Assembly: GCA_964372275.1 (NCBI GenBank)
Contig: CAYJRR010000010.1
Location: 1 to 52,505 of the forward strand
Reading direction: 5' to 3'
Source: an uncultured bacterium
Lineage (GTDB): Bacteria > CAYJRR01
Length of the DNA stretch: 52,505 bases
The notes under the pieces were generated by a model. It ran no database searches. It was not told where the DNA came from and worked only from the letters and a program-made list of their open reading frames with translations. A program made the translations under genes and the position numbers. This document shows, one piece after another, positions 46,710 to 52,505 of the stretch; the first letter of the stretch is position 1, and every line of letters begins with the position of its first letter.

Positions 46710-47591
46710 TTACGGCAGCGCACCCGCTTGAATCCAATCACGAATCAGGTCGACTTCGTCGGTCGTCAGGGGGACCGCCGGCGGCGGGGGCATCCGGTCC
46801 CCGGCGATCGACGCGTCCCCGGTGATCTTCAGGTAGAGGTAGGACTGGATCGGCGCCCCCGGCTCCACCCGGTCGAGCAGGCTCTGCTCCGCCTCCTCGT
46901 TCACCGTCTCTTGGTAGCCGTCGTCCCCTTCCAGCGAGAGATCCCCGGGCGGTTCCTCCTCTTCCGGGCCTTCGCCGGACGAATCGACGTGGCATCCCTG
47001 GAAGGCGCAGCGGCTGGCGAAGACCGAGGCGACCGCGGGGAAGCGGATCGTCCCCTCCTCGCACACATCGCCGACGCCGTCGTCATCGCCGTCTGCTTGC
47101 GTCGGATTCGACAGACCGGGACAGTTGTCGCACGCATCGCCGACGCCATCGCCGTCCTGGTCGCCTTGCGCCGGATTGGCGGCCGCGCGGCAGTTGTCCT
47201 CGCCGTTCCGCAGGCCGTCGCCATCGTCGTCGGCGGACGGATCGGGATTCAGCACCGCCCAGGTCCCGGTGGTGAGGCCGGTCTCGATCCGCACCGTCCG
47301 CGCCGGCGCCTCCAGCACCGTCTGGCCGGCCTTGGTCGCCGTCACCTTCACCGTCCACTCGCCGGCCGGCGCCGACTCGTAGAAGAACGTTCCGTCGAAC
47401 GCCGCGGCCGCGATTGACGCGGTCTCCCCCTCGCCGCGCCCCGAGACCCGGATCTCGATCCGATCGGAACCGGCCTGGCCCAGCCCCTCGACCGTGACCT
47501 GCAACGCGCCGTCGTCGCGCGACAGAAGCGGCTCGCAGCCGGGCAACGCCGCGGTGACGACGATCGCGCCGAGGATCGCCCGTCGTGTCAT
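46710..47591 (-). CDS. Lipoprotein with thrombospondin type-3 repeats and a C-terminal cytochrome c-like domain
   Basis: Lipobox ALPGC. TSP3 repeats [28 protein letters not shown]. Then CAFQGCH, SYLYLKI, RMPP and IRDWIQAGA. Confidence 0.82.
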   Translation of the reverse strand: MTRRAILGAIVVTAALPGCEPLLSRDDGALQVTVEGLGQAGSDRIEIRVSGRGEGETASIAAAAFDGTFFYESAPAGEWTVKVTATKAGQTVLEAPARTVRIETGLTTGTWAVLNPDPSADDDGDGLRNGEDNCRAAANPAQGDQDGDGVGDACDNCPGLSNPTQADGDDDGVGDVCEEGTIRFPAVASVFASRCAFQGCHVDSSGEGPEEEEPPGDLSLEGDDGYQETVNEEAEQSLLDRVEPGAPIQSYLYLKITGDASIAGDRMPPPPAVPLTTDEVDLIRDWIQAGALP

Positions 47592-49255
47592 CGCTCCCCT
47601 CCGCCACCGAACGTGAGCGTGAGCGCCGCGCCGACGCCGCCCGGCCCGGCCTCGACCGCGAACGCGGCCTCCCGACCGGAGACGTGGAACAACCATACCG
47701 AGGTCGCCGCGCTCACGACTCCGACCCCGGCGAGGATCCGGGAACGCTCGACCTTGGCCCTCGCCTCGCGGCGATGTCCCTCGATCTCGTCGGCCGTTCC
47801 GAATCCGTACCGGTACCGGTCGGCCGCCTTCTCCGCCTCGGCGAAGGTCCAGACGCTCCAGGTCCCGAACAGCCCTCCGGCGCCGAGCAGACTCCACGCG
47901 GTCGGCCTCGACCATCGCGCCGGCCCGCGCAGCGGGACCGGCCCCGTCGGCAGGAGCCCTTCCGGGTGCGCTTCGACGAAGCCCTGGAAGAACGCGGCGC
48001 CGTAGGGGACCGCGAACAGTCCGCGCTCGAACTCCTCGGCGATCCCGCCCCGCGCCCCGAGATCGGGATCGCGCCGATCGAGCGCCGCGAGCGCCTGGGT
48101 GTCTCCGGGAAGCGGCGACCAGCGCGACTCCCACCCGTTTCCGCGCGCGAAGTGCGTGCGTCCCGGCGAGAGCGCGAGGACGAAGCGCTCGCCGGGGGAA
48201 GGGAACAGGTCGGCGACCCGCACGCCGCGCTCGTCTTCGACGTAGAAGCGGTCGGCGGGTGGGGCCTCGATCGACAGGAACGCCGCTCGGTCGTTCCCCG
48301 ACCAGTCGACGATCGGCTGCTCGCGGTTCGCGCGCGGCGGGACGGCGAGGATCGAGAGCTTCCCCCGCGGATCGCGGACCCGGGCGTTCGCCGCCGCGAC
48401 GAATGCGCCGACCTCGGCGTAGGTGATCCGGCGGTCGGCGTCGACGTCGGCCCCGCCCATCAGCGCGGAGCGCACCTCGTGGCTGAAGACGCCTCCGGCG
48501 AACTTCGCCCATTCGTGCACCTCGGCCGACGACGTCGTCGCGACCAGCACGCCGACGGTCGGATAGCGGTCGAGCGTCTCGCCGTCGATCACGCGCTGGA
48601 TCGCCGCCGACGCCTTCGATCCCCGACCGGCGACCAGGAAGTAGGCGTTGCAGGCGTCCAGGATCAGGTGCGTGCTGTCTGCGCGCGAGGCGGCGATCAC
48701 GCGCCGATAGAGGTCGGAGCGCGTCAGGCGACCGTCGTGCAGCGCGAGGTACCCTTCGCGGTTGTCGCCGACGTGGCCGTGCCCGGCGAAGGCGAAGTAG
48801 AGGACGGTCCGCTCCCCCCGCGACCGGGCCTCGGAGATCCGCGCGTGCACACGGTCGATCGCCTCCAGCACCTCGTCGCGGCGTGGCACCCGCGCCCGTT
48901 CCACGAGGGACGGATGGCGCGCCTGCGTCTCCTCGTCGAAGACGGCGAACAGCTCGACGTCCGCCGCGGCGAGCGAGAACAGCTCCGCGTAGCGGGCGGC
49001 GTCGTCGTCCGCGAACCGCAGCGGCGGCGTGCCGGGTTGGTCGGACCGGCTACCGGCGACGACGATCGCGAACGCGCGCGGCGGGCCGGGCGCCGCGGGC
49101 GGGGGCAACGGTTCGGACGGTGCCGGCACCGCGACGGGCGCCGCCTCCGGCGCCGGGGTTTTCGCGAAGGCGCTCGAGGCGAACGCCACCCACGCCAGCA
49201 CCCACGCCGCCGGGCGCGCGGCGAATCTCCCGGCGGCGCACGTCGAGCGCCTCAC
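47588..49255 (-). CDS. Exported caspase-like (peptidase C14) protein
   Basis: GTGA overlap, signal-like N-terminus. [16 protein letters not shown] (His), LILDAC (Cys), GGVFSHEV and [15 protein letters not shown]. Hydrophobic C-terminal hairpin. Confidence 0.88.
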   Translation of the reverse strand: MRRSTCAAGRFAARPAAWVLAWVAFASSAFAKTPAPEAAPVAVPAPSEPLPPPAAPGPPRAFAIVVAGSRSDQPGTPPLRFADDDAARYAELFSLAAADVELFAVFDEETQARHPSLVERARVPRRDEVLEAIDRVHARISEARSRGERTVLYFAFAGHGHVGDNREGYLALHDGRLTRSDLYRRVIAASRADSTHLILDACNAYFLVAGRGSKASAAIQRVIDGETLDRYPTVGVLVATTSSAEVHEWAKFAGGVFSHEVRSALMGGADVDADRRITYAEVGAFVAAANARVRDPRGKLSILAVPPRANREQPIVDWSGNDRAAFLSIEAPPADRFYVEDERGVRVADLFPSPGERFVLALSPGRTHFARGNGWESRWSPLPGDTQALAALDRRDPDLGARGGIAEEFERGLFAVPYGAAFFQGFVEAHPEGLLPTGPVPLRGPARWSRPTAWSLLGAGGLFGTWSVWTFAEAEKAADRYRYGFGTADEIEGHRREARAKVERSRILAGVGVVSAATSVWLFHVSGREAAFAVEAGPGGVGAALTLTFGGGGER

Positions 49256-50130
49256 GGCGTCCCCTCCACCTCGAGCAGACGAACCCGTTGGGCTCCGGCG
49301 TCGATCCCCGGGAAGAGGGCGGGGCGCGATTCGCTCGTCTGCGCCCGAACCAGGATCTCCTGCGTCGACGGCTTCGTCCCGGTGAAGAGGGCGAAGAGGC
49401 GCACCGCCCCCACGCCGAATCGCTCGTCGACGCGAACCTCGCCGTCGAGCGGAGCGTCGACGACGCCGCGTTCGATCGCCCCCGAAAGCTCCTCCACCAC
49501 CGACGGGCGGCCGCCGTCCGGCCACGCGATCCAGGTGACGTAGCCGTGCTCGCCCAGGTTGCTGTAGCTTGCGCCGATCGTCGTGCCGGGTGCGATTCGC
49601 GCCGGCCGACCGTCGCCGTCGAGCGGAAGCGCCTGGAGCCAGCCGCCCTCCTCGCGCAACCGGAACAGGCGGACGCCGACGGTCGTGGAGGCCGCCGGGA
49701 TCCCGCGCGCCTGCCATTCGCGGCCGGCCGGTCCTCCGTTCGGGGCGCCGATCGGGGTCTCCCCGACCCCCTGCCACAGCAGGACGAGCGCCGCCGCGGC
49801 GCCGACGGCCGGCCACGGGAGCCATCGCCGGACGGGGAGGGGGTTCCCGTCGCGCGCGCGACCCGCCGCCGGCGCGCCTCGCTCCAGGCGGTCGAGAATC
49901 CGCGCCGCGGCGGCGGCTCCAAGGACGGCGGATTCGCCACCGGAAACGATCCGTTCGCCCTCGGCGATGCGATCGTAGACGGCGACGCATCCGGCGCAGC
50001 CGCGAAGGTGCTCCACGGCGGCCTCGCGCTCCGCCGGCGAGAGCGCACCGGCGAGCAGTGCGCGCACCCGCTCCGCCGCCGCCTCCGGTACCGGCGTCGC
50101 GTGGTCTCCGCCGCGCGGATCGCGCGTCAC
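49252..50130 (-). CDS. Zinc-finger (zf-HC2/ZAS) transmembrane anti-sigma factor
   Basis: EHLRGCAGC (HxxxCxxC), one TM helix (WPAVGAAAALVLLW), then WQARG and a beta-rich extracytoplasmic domain. Confidence 0.82.
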   Translation of the reverse strand: MTRDPRGGDHATPVPEAAAERVRALLAGALSPAEREAAVEHLRGCAGCVAVYDRIAEGERIVSGGESAVLGAAAAARILDRLERGAPAAGRARDGNPLPVRRWLPWPAVGAAAALVLLWQGVGETPIGAPNGGPAGREWQARGIPAASTTVGVRLFRLREEGGWLQALPLDGDGRPARIAPGTTIGASYSNLGEHGYVTWIAWPDGGRPSVVEELSGAIERGVVDAPLDGEVRVDERFGVGAVRLFALFTGTKPSTQEILVRAQTSESRPALFPGIDAGAQRVRLLEVEGTP

Positions 50131-50855
50131 GACTTCCCTCCGGCCTTCCGTTCCGCGACCAGCCGTTCGAACCACCCCCCCGCGCGCCCGCGGAGGTCGT
50201 CGAGGTAGCCGCTGCTCCAGATCGTGTCGACCAGCCGGCGCCGCAGCCGTTGCTCGGTCGTCTTGACCTTCGACGGACTGCGGCCCGTCTGTGCCTCGAC
50301 CTCGGCCAGGCTCCTCCCCTCGACGAACCGCAGGCGGAAGACCTCCTCCTCCTCGGCCGACAGCTCCGCGCGAAGCCGCCCGAGCAGCCCCGCGAGCTCG
50401 GCGTGCTCCACGTCCCGCACCGGGTCCCCCGTGTTCGACACCAGTCCCTCGAGGACCTCTACGGACTCCTCGTGCGGTTCGGCGACCGGCTCGGGGAGAT
50501 TCTCGTCGTCGATCGAAAACCGCAGCATCGCCCGCTGCTTGGATCGGAAGTCGTCGATCACGGCGTGGCGCGCGATCCCGAACAGGTAGTTGCGAAAGCT
50601 CCCCAGTCCGTCGTACCCCAGGCGCGCCTTCTCCGCGAACGCCTTGGCGAACACCTCGTGGAGCTTGTCCTCGAGGTCGAACCGCGAACGGTACCCCTGG
50701 AAGCGGCAGGTCTTTCCGTCGACGACGAAGGCGAAGCCCCCGGCCAACAGGCGCGCCAGCTCCTCGGCGTAATGGGTGAAGACGCGGGCCAGCGCCTCCC
50801 GATCGCCGCGCCGGAAGGCGTCGAGCAACGCGCGGTCTTCGACCAGGAGGGTCAT
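50127..50855 (-). CDS. ECF-family RNA polymerase sigma factor
   Basis: MTLLVEDRALLDAFRRGDREAL, region 2 EDKLHEVFAKAF...FRNYLFGIARHAVIDDFR, region 4 EEVFRLRFVEGRSLAEV. Confidence 0.92.
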   Translation of the reverse strand: MTLLVEDRALLDAFRRGDREALARVFTHYAEELARLLAGGFAFVVDGKTCRFQGYRSRFDLEDKLHEVFAKAFAEKARLGYDGLGSFRNYLFGIARHAVIDDFRSKQRAMLRFSIDDENLPEPVAEPHEESVEVLEGLVSNTGDPVRDVEHAELAGLLGRLRAELSAEEEEVFRLRFVEGRSLAEVEAQTGRSPSKVKTTEQRLRRRLVDTIWSSGYLDDLRGRAGGWFERLVAERKAGGKS

Positions 50856-52505
50856 CTCCTCGAAGGAGACTCTACCACCCTCACCGAATCGAGCGCGCGC
50901 AGGAGCGCGTCCCGGTTCTGGCCGATGAACGACGGGTTGTCGGCCGCGCGAAGCAGGGCGGCGCGTCCGAAGAGCGACTCGATGCGCGTGTTCTCGCGCT
51001 CGACGTGCGTGACCGCGGCCGACAGCTGCGCGCGCGCGGCGGCGCGAAGCGCCGCATCGCCGGCACCCGGCGCCGCCGCCACCGGCAGCGACAGGTCGAC
51101 CTCCGAGAGCGCGAACCCCATCGTGACCTGCCCGCCGTCGCGGACCAGCGTTCCGCCGCCGGCGTCGAGCGCCTGCAGCGCCTCGCGATGGGTGGCGAGC
51201 ACGTCGCCGGCGAATCCGGCGGCATAGGCGCCGCTCTCGAGCGAGCGCTCGGCGAGACGGTGGAACGCCGCCGCCTCGGCGGGCGTCAGTGGACGCCCGC
51301 CGGACCGCTGCAACAGCGCGCGCGCCGCCAGGGCGTCGACGCGCATCCCGCGCGCGTAGGCGGTGACCTCGTCCGCCCGGTAGCCGCCGCCGTAGATGCC
51401 GAACGCTTCGGAGGGATCGCGCCGGACCACCGTGGCGAGGTCGGGCGGGGCGGCGAGCGCCGCGCCGCCGACGCGTTGACGGGAGACGACGGCGTGCGTG
51501 ATCTCGTGGATTCCGTGCGAGCCGACGAAGTGGCCGTGGAGATCGCTCGCGTGGAGGAACAGGCCCCTCTCCTCGGAGAACATCGCGCCGGCGTCGAAGG
51601 CGTCCATGTACTCCGGACTGAAAAAGAGCCCCTTGGCGAGGCCCCGGCTCTCGAGCGAGGCGGCCAGCCGGCCCAGCGGCGTCCGGTCCGAGGGTCGGAT
51701 CCGGATCGCCGGGAAGGTGTTCGCCCCCTCCAGGCGGGTGTCCACGACGGAGATCTCCTCGAACGCCACTCCGCGCTCGGCGAGCCGACGTTTGGCGGCG
51801 TGGTACACCTCCGCCGGATCGGCGTAGAGGTCGTCCAGCGGATCTCGCGAGAAGGCGGGGTTCGTCGTGGCGGCCTGCCGCTGCAGCGCGTCGAAGCGTC
51901 CCTTCACCGACGCGACGCTGTAGAGACTCCGCACGCCCCCCTGGTGGACCTGACGCCCGAGGCTGCCGAGCTGGAAGCCGAGTTGGGCGATCATCCACAT
52001 CCGCTGCGACGGCGGAAGACGGTTCCAGTTCGTCGCGAGCGACCATCCCTGGTGACCGGCGGCGGCCGCGCCGACGAGGTTGTTCGCGACGCCGAGATAG
52101 GCGGCGGCGTGGACCAGCGACGCGCTCGCGGCGCCGGTACGGACGATCGATCCCACCGCGAGCGCCGACGCGCCGGCCGCCGAGAGCCCGAGCGCGCTCG
52201 CCCCGATCCCGACCCACTGCGCGGCGACGGCCGGGTCGGCGAACGGATCGATCGTCTGGCCGTGCGTCGCGCGGTCGACCAGCGAGGTCGACGCCCGGAC
52301 GATGGCGTAGACCGACAGCGCCGCCCCCGCGATCGGAACGATGGCGCCGCCAGTCCCGACGAGCGCCGCGGCGCCGAGCACCAGACCCCCGGCGACCGAG
52401 ACTCGGTCCGCCGCTACGAGCAGCCGCTCGAGGGGCGTGTCGACGACGGCCGGGGTGTTCGTCGTGACCAGGTCCGGGCAGCCGCCCGTCAGGCGGCCGC
52501 CCGAC
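50852..52505 (-). CDS. DUF4781-like protein with a C-terminal HExxH domain (5' end outside the window)
   Basis: The frame has no stop up to the window edge. Gly/Ala hydrophobic helices around LVDRATHGQTIDPF..P...QW resemble DUF4781 as recalled. C-terminal part has IHEITH and DEVTAY. Confidence 0.65.
   Translation of the reverse strand, partial: SGGRLTGGCPDLVTTNTPAVVDTPLERLLVAADRVSVAGGLVLGAAALVGTGGAIVPIAGAALSVYAIVRASTSLVDRATHGQTIDPFADPAVAAQWVGIGASALGLSAAGASALAVGSIVRTGAASASLVHAAAYLGVANNLVGAAAAGHQGWSLATNWNRLPPSQRMWMIAQLGFQLGSLGRQVHQGGVRSLYSVASVKGRFDALQRQAATTNPAFSRDPLDDLYADPAEVYHAAKRRLAERGVAFEEISVVDTRLEGANTFPAIRIRPSDRTPLGRLAASLESRGLAKGLFFSPEYMDAFDAGAMFSEERGLFLHASDLHGHFVGSHGIHEITHAVVSRQRVGGAALAAPPDLATVVRRDPSEAFGIYGGGYRADEVTAYARGMRVDALAARALLQRSGGRPLTPAEAAAFHRLAERSLESGAYAAGFAGDVLATHREALQALDAGGGTLVRDGGQVTMGFALSEVDLSLPVAAAPGAGDAALRAAARAQLSAAVTHVERENTRIESLFGRAALLRAADNPSFIGQNRDALLRALDSVRVVESPSRR

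Overview
Very GC-rich (roughly 70%+ by eye), gene-dense bacterial DNA with about 36 real genes. MYXO-CTERM-like tails, a giant TPR protein, an FHA-GGDEF cyclase and a DUF1501/PSD cassette point to Myxococcota or a related deltaproteobacterial lineage (inference). Housekeeping genes: mreB (partial), degP/htrA, Hsp20, rimK, dsbD, purF, three acyl-CoA dehydrogenases, pgi, an epimerase/acyltransferase pair and mutL. About a third of the genes are predicted lipoproteins, many very acidic. No rRNA, tRNA, CRISPR array or transposase was seen. Best candidates for undescribed systems: (1) two tandem secreted, MYXO-CTERM-anchored proteins with the sequence pattern of full two-domain BPI/LBP (TULIP) lipid/LPS-binding proteins, divergent from a 7-bladed beta-propeller lipoprotein; (2) a five-gene chain joined by 4-nt start/stop overlaps: DUF4781-like HExxH protein, ECF sigma, zinc-finger anti-sigma, exported caspase-like protease, TSP3/CX4CH cytochrome lipoprotein; (3) the same degenerate 6-bp-period repeat (NNCGGN) expanded inside the linkers of both dsbD and mutL. 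All family calls come from motif recognition by eye, not database searches.
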